From Klebsormidium nitens (taxonomy: Eukaryota > Plantae > Klebsormidiophyceae): DNA of 64,000 nt. The position numbers and the translations under genes were made by a program. The stretch lies in NCBI GenBank assembly GCA_000708835.1, contig DF237409.1, positions 11,286 through 75,285 of the forward strand. The letters run 5' to 3'. Position 1 is the stretch's first letter; each line of letters begins with the position of its first letter. The notes below the pieces were generated by a model. The model was not told the origin of the DNA, did not search any database, and saw only the letters and a list, made by a program, of their open reading frames with translations. Below are positions 33,201 through 45,305 of this stretch, piece by piece.

Positions 33201-33817
33201 TCCCAGCACGCGCCGCTGCTTTTCGTTTGAGGACGTAAAAGCTGCAAGCATCTAGTACAAGGACTTGTATGCCCTTGCCCCGTCTCTTGTTTAATCAGAA
33301 GCTTCTAAAACCCTGCAGAAGGTTACTTGTTGATTCGGGAAACTTATTGGCAGTCAAGACTCCAGTCTATTTGAAGATTCCGTGTAAAGAAGATAGAGAT
33401 GACAGAAAGTTCATACTTGCTGAAGGCTCCTCTGGCGATCAATTCCGGAAGGGAGCCTCTGAGGATGGCACTAGTGCTGCAGACCTGGCCGTGATTGGCT
33501 TTCCTCTCATCAAGGTGTCGCAGTGAATCTCCTTGTGTACAACGCGGAGCCTTCGTATTTGCAGGGGCGCCATCATAGTAGCTATTATTCTACTTCTCCA
33601 ATCGAACGTCCCGACTTGGCACGACTTCCGAAGTACGTTCAGACGACTGGGCAGAACTGCGTCGTTGAAGAGAGAAAAACACCCGAGGTCAAGTAGGGGG
33701 GGCGGCCAAGGACCTGTCGGCTCAGGCTCCCCCCAAACGGGTCAGGTTACTGTGGCTATCAGCGATACACCACCAAAGACGACACCAGAAACTTCAAACA
33801 GGCTACACGCTACATAG
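30256..33817 (+). CDS. NIPA9: NIPA/DMT-family probable magnesium transporter (At5g11960-like)
   Basis: Exons spell [27 protein letters not shown]...; [45 protein letters not shown]; [43 protein letters not shown]. The last exon ends in TAG at 33817. There are multiple hydrophobic helices. Confidence 0.8.
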
Positions 33818-35523
33818 TAATCTTAAACAATCTCCCTCTAATCTGCGCGCTTTGCACTAGGGCTGTTTCTGGAGTCTGTTTACCATGTACAGATCAGTAC
33901 ACCTTGATTAACCTAGGTCACTGGAAAGCGTTGATTTATGTTTCCGTTTACTCACAACCGTCGTTCGTTAGAAGATCTAGGGAACCTTAAACGGCCATGA
34001 TATGAGGTAAATCACATGCAGTTCATCTTTTACCCTAAGTACCTTCAGTGGGCGCTGCTTCACACTCCCAATGACCAAAAAGTAGTACCCCCGACTTGGC
34101 GCAACCTTCTTTGGTACACGTGTTGGGACTCTGCGGTTCATGAGTTGGAAGACTTACCTCGAATTTCAAGCCACATGTGAAAAATGAATGCGCATAAGTT
34201 GCAAATACATACATCGATATCTCAAGACCAGCTTGTTACTTTCAATTGTTTATGCATTGCAATTGGCTTCAGCAATTCAGGCGGCCGCGCCGTTGCCACA
34301 CTGATACAAGATCACGACGTGCATTTTGCATTGCACGTGGGTCTGAGATTGTGTTTCGTATACCTACCAATGCTCTTGGTTGCAGCGAGAACGTGATTTT
34401 TGCATGCTGTGAGCTCGCATGTAAACTAGGCTATCTAGGTCAGCGCTGCATTCAAGATTCCCTGATGCTTCCGGTTCCGCTTACTTAAATGCCGCTGATC
34501 CGTTGTACTTTCCGCTGTTTGGTCGCTTGGGATATGTCGGAATGCCTCGAGGCAAGATCGACGGCCTAGATAGCATTCCTGCGAGGCTCAAGCGCGATCC
34601 CATGAACGTCGGCGCCGTATGTCACACTTCCAATCGGAAGCGTTCGATCTTTTGACGGACGACGGCGAGTTGAAGTCGGAGGTTACGAGTGAGCGCGGGT
34701 ACTTCTTCGATTCGACACAACTACCACTTCTGAAGCATGCTTTTGCTCGAGTTCACCGTCGAAGGCCTCAATATTCTTGAGCGGTTGACAGCGGCCTGCG
34801 GTTGTCGGCTCAGCGTTCAGCCGGCATTGCATCCGCGGCAGTCATACCCCTCGATCTGCGGTTCTAGATACGCAGGCAGCTCCTTGCAACTTGTCGGCAG
34901 CTGCATTTTGCGCAAAGACCAAAAATGCAGAGTGAATGCGGCCCTGCTTCTGTCACGGCAATGAGTGCTTGAGCGCCATAAGGGCGGGGGCAGCCCGCGG
35001 TCTTTTGAACTGCCCGCTGATCAGCAGCCGACCAGAAGCGAAAGCTGACAAAAGCATAGGTTACAAACTGCAGTCATGAAGTTGACAGTGAGAAGTTGCC
35101 ACCCGACTCCAACAAGCTCAAGGTACCTGAAGAATTCACAAGTCAGGGAGAGCTACTGCGGGCTGCTTTGAGCTTGAGCTACTTAAGTCGGCAGCAGCTC
35201 GCATTTCCACAATTGTCAATCTGAAGTTCGAGTAGAGCAGACCTTAGAAGGTCACCAGTAAGCGTGCGAGCTTTTCAGAAGTTTCCCTGATCTTTAGGAT
35301 CAAAACTTGGTTCTGCCAAGCAGCATTCTTGCAGCCGATCAGATCTCAGCTGGAACACAGGAAGGTACCTCGCCTTCCTTTGCCCCTTACCGATCCCGCT
35401 TCCCCGCCAAGAAGACGGAGCATTCTTTCAGCTCTGTGCTACATCTTCTTCGGATCAGCTCGATCTGCATACAAGCTTACTGGGGCGCAGAAATATAAGA
35501 GTGGATCCTTGCTGTCTGTCAAG

Positions 35524-38500
35524 ATGAGGGCCAGCACTGCTTCCAAGGCGTTGCTCCTGCTGGCGCTCTTTGCGCTAGCCAGCGTGCATGGTGAGGTTCT
35601 TGTACCTGCTTCACTTTTGTTTCTTCTGTTTTTTGTCTTTCCTGCTAAGCTTTGAGCTTTCTCTGCAAAGCCCTGACCTTTTTGCTGGCTTTATCCTCTG
35701 TCTGCTCAGCCTCATCACATTGGCGAACTTTACTTCTGCAAGTGAGGATAACATCAGCTGCTCCATGATGGCAGTATTCCTGAGGTATTTTCCAATCAGT
35801 TTCGGTCCTCAGAGCTCTTGCTGTGAGAAAGAAGTCACAACCTTGGGAGAGGAGCTTGGTTGCTGACATACAAACGTCGATCATTGTGCTGACCAAATTG
35901 AAGGCCTCTCTATGGTCAAATTCAGCTTCTTTCATTGTCATCCTTCTCTCAATCGTGGGATTCCTTTGATCTAGTTTGCCTAGAAGAAGATAAATGCGCT
36001 GCAGAAGGTCTTACATCGATTGCAGAGTGTGTTTGCTTCGATTGATACAATCAGGTCTTGGGAGTACTGGCATGGGGCACTCATCACACATTTTTAAGCA
36101 ATAGCTTCACACTTAGCAGACATCTGGAAAGTTTTGGTTGAGCAGGGTGAAAGTCAGGAAGGCTCAATTGCTCTCAACCAGATGAAAGCACTTCTACATA
36201 AGCTTTGGGGGAACCGTCTTCGCAGTATATCACAAGAAAGCCAAAGGGGGCCATTCTGAGGACATACATCAAGGTTCGCTGCTGCCAGAAGCTCCTACAG
36301 GAGCGTAAGCAAGTGGGGCAATGCATGACAGCTGCTAACGAGCCAGTCAAGCTGGGGCTGACGTTTCACTACTATGACTTTTTGCAGCCCAAATACAACG
36401 GGATGATGGCACCAACCGACAAGGTGAGCACTCAGCCAGCTGCTGATCTGATCATAGATGATGATGTTTCCCATTGGCTGGTGTTTCTCTAAACTCTGTT
36501 GAACACCCCTATGAGATCGCCACAGCAGATGAATATTCAGGTTCTGGAGTTATCTAGACTTTTAGGGCATGTTCTGAACAGTATCTGGCATCTCCTGTCT
36601 CTCAACCTGCACTTAGCCTATCCTGATTGATGCCCAGTTCTAATTGAGTTTATGTAATTTGACATAATCGGAGCACTTTTTTCTGGAATTATTCTTTACG
36701 TGTCTCATCAGACTCTTCAAGGCCTCTGCTCATTCCGATCTAGGACAGTGCTTACTGTGCTTAATCCCTCACTGTTCAACTCCCATCTATGGCCGCCCCC
36801 CTCAGCAAATCCAGCTCTATCAACCTCGTCTACTGTGCTCTGCTCACACCCTCGCTAACCCCACTCTTAATCCACTCCCCTAACCCTAGCTAACCTGGCT
36901 CCTAATCCCTGCAGAACTGGAAGAAGAGAGCTCCGGCCAGTCCCGCAAGTTCCTGATGTCCAAGGCCCGCACCGCCGCGCTCGCTGCCGAGAAGAAGTGG
37001 AACGAAACTCACCACCCAAAGACCGGCAAAGCCCCCGCCCCCGCTCCCGGCCCGGTTAAGGGTTCCATCAAGAACCCGACGACTACCAAGGACGGCCTAG
37101 CGGAAATCTCGGAGCTTACCGTGATTAACGTCGGCGCCGGGCTGGTTCCGTTTCCTGTGCCCAAGCCCGTCGGCGCGGGAGTCAACGGCAAGGGGAACAA
37201 CGGCAAGGGAGCCCCCGCCCCCGCCCCGGTGGGGCGAGTCAGTGACATCAATATCACGCAGGTTGCGATGTGAGTGGCTTGACCTCAACTGGAGTAGAAT
37301 CCTCAAGATTGTCTGCTGACGAATGCTCTTTTCAAAGAATCCTCAAAGTGATTTGTCGAGAGAGCGACGGTGAAGCTTGCAAAACGAGCTGAAAGCTTGA
37401 GAACTTTCAGTCAGATTGTCTGAGCTGACAGCAAACAAACGAAGCATGTTTCCTTGCACGTCCTTCGACGTCGTCCGATTGCAGAAGACCGCGATTGACG
37501 CTTGAACTTCACAGAATGTATACTCGAAGTCGCTTCGTCATCCTTTTCCTGGACACGTTTTCTCGTTGCTTCTTTGCGGTGTCTCGAGTGAAAATTCGAA
37601 TAATTCTAACCATCAGTAACCAAAGGAACAAATTTTGCATCACTAATATAACTACACTGTGTTTGAGAAAGAAGAATGTCCTGAAGCTCAACGATGTCTG
37701 GCAATCTCTTGCAGTGTGGTCCAGAACGCGGGCGTGAAGGGCAGTCTGGCTGAGATCGAGGAGGCCATCAAAAACGGAACAGCGTCAGGAAACACGCTCG
37801 GGGCAGTCCTCCAGTCGCTCGTCCTGGGCGTCAACGCAACAGTCCCCAGCGGTGACGCTTTGGCAACCGGTGAGTGCTCGAAACTCTTGACATTTGAAAA
37901 CAGGGGAAGAGCGAATTTCTGGTTGTGGCAGCCTATCCTGAAACGACATGTTTCGTTTCTTAGTGTCTATGCGTACCCTAGCAAGAAGGCCGAAGGGGTT
38001 GTAGAAAAGGAGGCAGAAAGCAGAGCAAGCTCGCGGAATGGAACGATCTCAAAGCAGAATTCATTTAATTTTTCAAGAAGTCGATGTTGCAAATTTCTGA
38101 AGAAGTAGCTGTGCCGATGACACACTTTTTAAATGCGCTTCCATCCGTCCGTGACCCGCCTTCCGTTTCTCTTCCAACCGTTGAAACAACGATTAAAAGC
38201 AGCTCATATTAAGAAACCCGTCTCACCAGCATGCAAGAAGAGCCAAAGCAGACGGGCACACGACTAAAACAATCTCGTTTCTTTCCCCCTTCAGGCTGCG
38301 TCTGTCCCTTCGTGTACAACCCGGTGTGCTCAGAGGGCATCACCTTCTCCAACGCCTGCTTCGCGGGATGCGCCAACGCGACCAACGTCACAGACGGCGC
38401 CTGCGGTACGTTCCTACTTCACAGCTTCTTACAGCGAATCCTCTGGGCAACGGGGCCGAGTTTCTGCCAACTGTTTCTCAGCTAGTAATAACGGCAGATT

Positions 38501-41500
38501 TGTTCCCTCTTTTGTGAGTAAACAGTTGAGTGCGCACTTCTCACACGCGCTTCGGTCAGCCTCCTCACGCTTGCATTCGTTTATTCGGCGCTGCTGCGCT
38601 TACCTTTCGACAGCCTTCGACCGTATCCGCAATTTCCCAGCTCCCTGCTTTCTCACTCCCGTTCTCGCATTCTGAACCCTTCCCCCTCCCTTTTACAGAA
38701 ATAGCCACCCCCAACCCTACCGCCCCGGCCCCTTGCGACCCCGTCCCGTCTCCCTCCCCGGTCCCGTCTCCCTCTCCTTCCCCCTCCCCCCTCTGCGAGG
38801 GCGGCAGCGAGACCCCCACTCCCGGGTCTCCCAGCACCCTGGGCGTCCAGGTTCCCAACGCCGCCAGCCCCCAGCCCTCCGCCTCCCCCTCCGCATCTCC
38901 CGAGCCCTCCCCTTCGTCCCCGGCTCTCCCCTCCGCCTCCCCGGTTCCGTCCCCCTCTAGTTCCCCGGCTGCCTCTCCCTCCGCCTCCCCCGAGCCCTCC
39001 CCTTCCTCGTCCCCCTCCCCTCTCCTTCCCCGGTCCCTTCCCCGTCGAGCTCCCCGTCCCCTCCCCTCCGCGGAGCCTTCCCTCCCCCTGCCTTCTGCTT
39101 CCCGGTTCCTCCCCTCCGCCGAGCCATCTTCGTCCCTCTGCCGTCAGCATCCCGCTTCCCTCCCCCTCTGCGGAGCCTTCCTCGTCTCCCGTCCCCTCCC
39201 CCTCCGCTCAGCCGTCGGCTTCTCCGGTCCCCTCCCCCTCTGCGGTGGCGTCTCCTTCCCCCCTCCCCAGCCCGAGCGCCGTTGCCAAGCCCCCCAGGGG
39301 CAGCAACCCCGGCGGCACCCCTCAGGGCAACCCCGTGACTGAGGCTCCCGCGCCAGGTAAGCGCTGCTTAAATTTGCGTGAACAATGGAACTCTTTGTGA
39401 GCGTGCAAGTCCGGAGCAGTCTTTCCGTACATAAACACACGAATCACACAGAAGTTGTGATTCGACTCGCTGCGATGCTTACGTAAGAGAGGGTAGTTCT
39501 GCTCGTATGGAGTCCGCTCTGCAGATTGACCCGATTACAAACAACAACTTCTGTTCTGCCGGGCTAACCGGAACACAGCACCTTCCATCTGCTTGATTTG
39601 TCGAAGCAAACTGCTGACCTGAGATTGTCGAATTCTGCAGCTCCTGGCTACCAGCCCCCGACCCGCGTCCCCAACCCCCCTCCCCCCCGCCCCACCAAGG
39701 GCGTCGTCTCCCCCGTCGACACCCCCGGCGAAGCCCCCGGCAGCGCGCCATCTGGCAGCCCCACCAACGCGCCAAGCGGCAGCCCCACCGACGCGCCAAC
39801 TGGCAGCCCCACCGACGCGCCAACTGGCACCCCCACTGACACGCCAAGCGGCAGCCCCACCGACGTGCCAGCTGGCAGCCCCGGGAACGCGCCAGCTGTT
39901 GCCCCGTCGCCCGTCGGCACCGACCGCCCCCAGCCGTGCCTGGATGCCAACAATACCCACACCCCCGCTGACGGCCCCGCGCCATTCTCCATGCCCGGAT
40001 ACGCCCTTCCCCCCACAATGGCGAGCAACGGCCCCGCCCCCGCCCCGGGGGGTCCCAGCGCGGCTCCTTCCGGCTCCCCCACAGGCGCCCCCGCCCCCTT
40101 GAACAGCGTACCGTCGACTCCCGGGGGGGAGCCCACGAACGCCCCGACTTCGACTCCCACTGCCACCGACACCCCCTCAGGGACGAACACCCCCTCGGGA
40201 ACGAACAGCCCCTCAGGAACAAACACCCCCACGGGCACTGACACCCCCTCAGGGACGAACACCCCCTCAGAAACCAAGACCCCCTCTAGCACTTCAACCC
40301 CCTCCAGCACCGACACCCCCACAGGAACGAACACCCCCTCAGGAACCAACACCCCCTCTAGCACTTCAACCCCTTCCAGCACCAACACCCCCTCAGGGAC
40401 GAACACCCCCTCGGGAACCAACACCCCCGCGGGCACTAACACCCCCTCAGGGACGAACACCCCCTCAGGAACAAACACCCCCTCTAGCACTTCAACCCCT
40501 TCCAGCACTGACACCCCTTCAAGCACTAACACCCCCTCCGGAACGAAGACCCCCTCAGGCACCGACACCCCCGCAGGAACCAACACCCCTTCCAGCACTT
40601 CGACCCCCTCCGGCACCAACACCCCCTCAGGAACGAACACTCCCTCTAGCACTTCGACCCCCTCGGGAACGAACACCCCCTCAGGAACCAGCGCCCCATC
40701 TGGCACTTCGACCCCCTCTGGCACCGACACCCCCTCTGGAACAAACACCCCCTCGGGAACGAACACCCCCTCTGGCACTGACACCCCCTCAGGAACGGAT
40801 ACCCCCTCGGCAACGGGTACCCCCTCCGGCACCGACACCCCCTCTAGCACTTCGACTCCCTCAGGCACGAACACTCCCTCGGGCACGAACACCCCCTCAG
40901 GAACCAACACCCCCTCAGGCACTGACACCCCCTCAGGCACCAACACTCCCTCAGGAACCAACACCCCCTCAGGCACTGACACCCCCTCAGGCACCAACAC
41001 CCCCTCAGGCACCAACACCCCTTCAGGCACGAACACCCCNNNNNNNNNNNNNNNNNNNNACGGCACTCGACACCCCTCACGGCACCAACACCCCCTCAGG
41101 CACCAACACCCCTTCAGGCACGAACACCCCCTCCGGCACCACCGCTCCCCCCGCCAAGACCACGGCCCCCACCCCCCAGGCCACCAAGAACGGCCCCATC
41201 GGGAGCCCCCCCGACTTCGGCTCCCCCGCCGGCGAGCCCACCAACTCGACCCTCGCGCCGGTCCCCACCAAAACCCCGACCGGCACCCACACCCCGACCG
41301 CGACCCCCAAGGCGACTACGGTACCGAGCGCGACCACCAAGCCTGGTTCCAACACCCCGGGGTCTGTCACACCCGCTCCTGGTGCCACTACCCCCCCGGT
41401 AGCGACCCCCGGTTCGACCACCCCCGGCGCAACCCCGGTCACAACCCCGACCGTTACGATGGCCACCAGGCCCCCGGTTCAGACCCCCGGGCCGACTACT

Positions 41501-43517
41501 CCCGGCGCCACCGCCGCCCCTGGTGCCACCCCCGTCCCGACCACTCCCGGCAGTACACCGGTCTCGACTCCCACCGTCACAATGGCGACGCAGCCCCCGG
41601 TTGGGACCCCCGGACCGGGCACTCCGACCGGAACGAACACCCCCACCGGAACGAACACCCCCACTACCCCCGGTGCTTCTCAGCCGGCGCCCACCCCCAA
41701 GGCGACGCTCCACGGAACGCCCAGCGGAACCGGGTCGACCCCGGGGACCCACGTGCCACCGAGCGACGGACGCCCCGAGCCCTGCACAACCGGGAACGGC
41801 ACGAGCTCCTCAGCCAAGGGCGATCGTGAGTTGACCCAGACATTTTTACTTGTTTGATTTTAAGACAAATTGGTGGGGCCAATGAGACCTTAGAGACCTT
41901 TGCTGTCCGCATATGAACGAGCGTGCAGAGTTAAGGTTAAGGTCTGCAGTAAAACTTCTGCGCTTCTTCTTCGAAATTCTTTTTCAAAGTACTTCGGATG
42001 CCAAAAAGACGCTTCCGTAATACACGATAAAGCAAGCTATCACCGAAGTTCAACCAAGAACTTTTCAGATTCAGCAGTCTCGCCAGTTGTGGGACAAAGC
42101 CGAACCTTTTGACTGAGAGCTTCTCTTCGAACCGTGCAGCTCACTTCGTCGGCAAGCACGGCGAGAAATTCGACTTCAACGGCGAGCCCGGCCAGTCGTA
42201 CTGCCTGATCGCCGACAAGAAGATCCACATCAACATGCACGTCTTCGGCGGCAGGAGAGAGGGCACCACGGTTAGTGCTTACCCGCTTTCCTTACCGGCC
42301 ACTCGTATTGGCCAATGTTCGCTTCTTAGCATTCCTTCGTCTCTTCGTCTCAGACTACTCCTAGAAATTGCAAGAAAATTGCCACTGCTTTCCACTGGAT
42401 GGCACGTCTCTGGAACTTAAAATACATCTCTGGAACAGACACAGATCCGTTCTCAAAATCTGTCAAAAGTCCTGACAGTACTCACCTGAACCCCGGCTAA
42501 CCCTTCCTTAATCCTCCCCGCAGTACATCGACGAAGTCGGCATCCTGTACAAGGACATTGAGATCTACGTCGCCGCCAAGTCCGCTGAGGGCACCAAGTG
42601 GCGCGACTTCCAGGGGGCCGTTTCCGTCAACGGAATCGAGCTCCCCGCTTCCGACGTTGACATGACCGTCGAGAATGTCGCCATCTCCCGCAACAGGACG
42701 TCGGTGCGCGTGACCGCCCCCGGCTGGTTCGACATCACGATGGACATCGCGCGCGCGAGCTTCTGGCAGAACGGCCCCGGAGCTAACTTCGTAAGTTGAC
42801 GCTCCTGTTCTCTTCAACTGTCTTGGACTTCGTACTCAGCAACGGTCCTGTGTCCGCAACGGTCCTGTGTCCCTTTCCTCATTTTACGAAACAATCTGGC
42901 ATTGAGGGGAGTGCTAGAAGGCAGAAAACGTCATATTGGCTCAAGAAATTGATTGGAAAAGGTCAATAAGTTCTGAACCAGGTTCTCCGTTTTACCTGAC
43001 TAGGAAGGCTTTGTCAAACGCGTCTGTTCTTATCCTTCAGACGAGCACAAATGTTCTGTCTCTCAATTTCACCTCTTTTCACGACCCCAGCTTCGAGATA
43101 CCAAGAATTTCCTGTTCCCGTTTACCTGAACCCTCGAATTATCACTCACCCACACTTCTCCCCCCGCCGCAGATCAACTTCAAGGTCTCCCAGCTGCGCG
43201 TGACCCCCACCGTGCACGGCGTGCTCGGACAGACCTACCGCGAGAGCGACCGCACGTACAAGAAGATGGCGCGCGCCGAGGTGTCTGCCGTGCGCGGCAA
43301 CGGCCTCCCCGCTTTCATGGACGGCTCCGAGGAGGACTACGAGACGAGCGGGATCATGAGCGCGGACTGCAAGTTCGGCAAGTTCCAGATGGTCAGCCAG
43401 GTGGAGAAGAAGACCAACAGTTCGGGGGGGAGGAGACTGCTGGCGGCGGAGGGAGAGGATAAGATGGTCGTCGATGCCGGCTGCGTTGGGTTCGGGAATG
43501 AGGTCCGGTGCGAGTAA
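35524..43517 (+). CDS. Large secreted mucin/HRGP-like glycoprotein: signal peptide, Kazal domain, Ser-Pro repeats, Pro/Thr/Ser repeats, GDPH motif and root-cap (LEA-related) domain
   Basis: Exons 35524-35590 (MRASTASKALLLLALFALASVH), 36915-37269, 37715-37869, 38295-38405 (Kazal CVCPFVYNPVCSEGITFSNACFAGC...C), 38699-39356 (SP-rich, with apparent homopolymer frameshifts), 39641-41825 (PTS repeats, spans an N gap), 42140-42270, 42524-42790 and 43173-43517 (GDPHFVG...FDFNG...YCLIAD..IHINMH...VHGVLGQTY...YETSGIMSADCKF). Confidence 0.8.
38745..39280 (+). repeat. Ser-Pro (SPSPS/SAEPS) coding low-complexity repeat
   Basis: C-rich TCC-CCC repeats inside the 38699-39356 exon. Confidence 0.85.
39745..39888 (+). 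repeat. 24-bp coding repeat, octapeptide [A/T/V]P[S/T/A]G[S/T]P[T/G][N/D], 6 units
   Basis: Translation reads APSGSPTN APSGSPTD APTGSPTD APTGTPTD TPSGSPTD VPAGSPGN. Confidence 0.85.
40168..41140 (+). repeat. 18-bp coding minisatellite, hexapeptide TPSGT[N/D/S], about 50 units; true length unknown because of a gap
   Basis: The ACCCCCTCAGGAACGAAC-type unit is repeated in tandem and interrupted by Ns at 41040-41059. Confidence 0.95.
41040..41059. other. Assembly gap (20 N)
   Basis: Run of N inside the minisatellite. Confidence 1.
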
Positions 43518-45305
43518 GGGTTTAGCCGGTGGTTATCACTGACTGCATCTTCGAAAGATGGAAAAGAGAGAGACAAGCAGATTGAGAAGTTGAGAGCTTT
43601 AGTGTAACATGAAACCCAACCTAGAAATAGGTGAGAGGCCTACGGACTAGGGAGACAGAGCGATCTCCCAAGTAACTGTTACTGGAATGATTACAGCACG
43701 GTCTGGTGATAGGCAGCATACAGGAAACACCGTTGCATAGGACACGTATTTATCAAAGGAGCATAAGGCTCAAAATGCGGAGGCGTCAGTGAACAGATCG
43801 TTCACAGGGGCGGCAGCGTTTGCAACTAGCAAGCAGCTGAGAACTCCGCAGGCTTAGTAGAATTTTTAACACTACTGCCCACGTAGGAACTAACCAGCAG
43901 ACAGACAGCCTGACATTCGCTTTTCATAATACAATATGAACACTTGGAACTTCTGGCTTCAGAGGTAACTAAACATTTGTGAACCAGACGAGCAGCTGAC
44001 CAAGGAAATCAACGCTCAATTCAGAGTTTATTCGTGTGCAAGCCCCCGTGCAAGCTTCATTGTCTCTGCAAAAGACGATGTCTCAATTCAATACATCCTC
44101 GAAATCAGTCATAGGAGGGAGTTGCTTGGCCACATTGTGGGATCGGCTAGCATGTGCATTGCTTACCTCGATGATCATTGGACATGAGTACATGGTTACA
44201 ATTTTCTCCACAAATTGTCTCTTCACTCGAGCAAGCAGATGATCATGTGCAGAGTCCACTGAATGGTGCTCCTCTTCTACAATGCTATGAAGGTGCACAT
44301 GCAGAATCCAGATGGTGCCACTGCCGTTCGTGCATAGCCCTCTGAGCCACACAATTGCAGATGAAGGTTCGCTTGATAGCAGTAACTTCGAGCAGAACAT
44401 GGTGCCCGACCAGCCCAGAGAGCTGGAGCAGCTTGTAGCATTCCCCTTGGATGCATTGCAGCTGGAAGAAGGTTGCTGCAAGCTTGCACGTTCTGCTGAT
44501 CAGCGAAGTTTCGAGCACTTGCATAAAAGCTGCCCTAGCAGACGCTAGAGCCTGAACCAGCGCACCGCGCCATGGCTTCTTGGCTTGATGATTGATAGAT
44601 CTGCAATGCAGGAGGGTTTCACATGCATTTTCCTCGGCAATTGGCTTCAATCAAATTGTTTGACGGCAAAACGATTCTTGACAAACGGCAGAATCGGTCA
44701 AAGCGGGCCTCTAAATCATATACGGGTTTGAGTCTTCGAGACAAGGAACCGGCAGTCAACCGTCACCCTGGACTTTGAAGCCAACGCAGAATTTTATATA
44801 CTTTGATATTCAGCCGGGAGGGCAGCTCGATGAGGAGGGCAGCAGCTCAGAGCTCCACATCAAAGCGCAGTTCTAAACATGAGACAGAAAGACTCAGAGC
44901 GCTCAACTTTTCACATACAGATCCACCAACTCTTACTTGTAGAGGATGTCATGAATTTTTGCAGGTTCATCAAGCTTGCCAGTTTGATATCTGTTGGTAG
45001 CGGACAAGGGCCTTGAGCTGGCTTGCCCACCCATCCTAACCCAACACCAAATAGATCGGGTCGCTTCTCACGCTTCGTCTGGCCCTCAATTGAAGTCACC
45101 GCCAGCTTGTTGTGTACAGAACTTCATTCTCCATCTCAGGAGCTATTCTGGAGATTGGTCCTAGCCCGTGCTCTATCACCGAGCAACAAGTCCTGTTCTA
45201 AGTCTCTTTGAGGGCACCTGGGAAAACGGCTCGCATCTGTATCCCCCTTAGCTAGCTGTAAAACCGCTTTTTCGAGCTGTCGTGCTTTCGTCAAGTGCTT
45301 GTCCA

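Noticed and set aside
39648-41066. 472-aa antisense ORF of VPEG repeats (elastin-like appearance)
   Set aside because: It is the reverse complement of the TPSGTN coding repeat, which lacks stops by construction. The sense frame has the signal peptide and splice sites.
40168-41140. Regular repeat array as a CRISPR-like structure
   Set aside because: Units are contiguous in-frame codons without unique spacers, inside a spliced eukaryotic exon.
44036-44650. Overlapping short ORFs downstream of the mucin gene (paralogous at 56972-57509)
   Set aside because: Stops and indels differ between the two duplicates in every frame examined, so there is no evidence of coding constraint.
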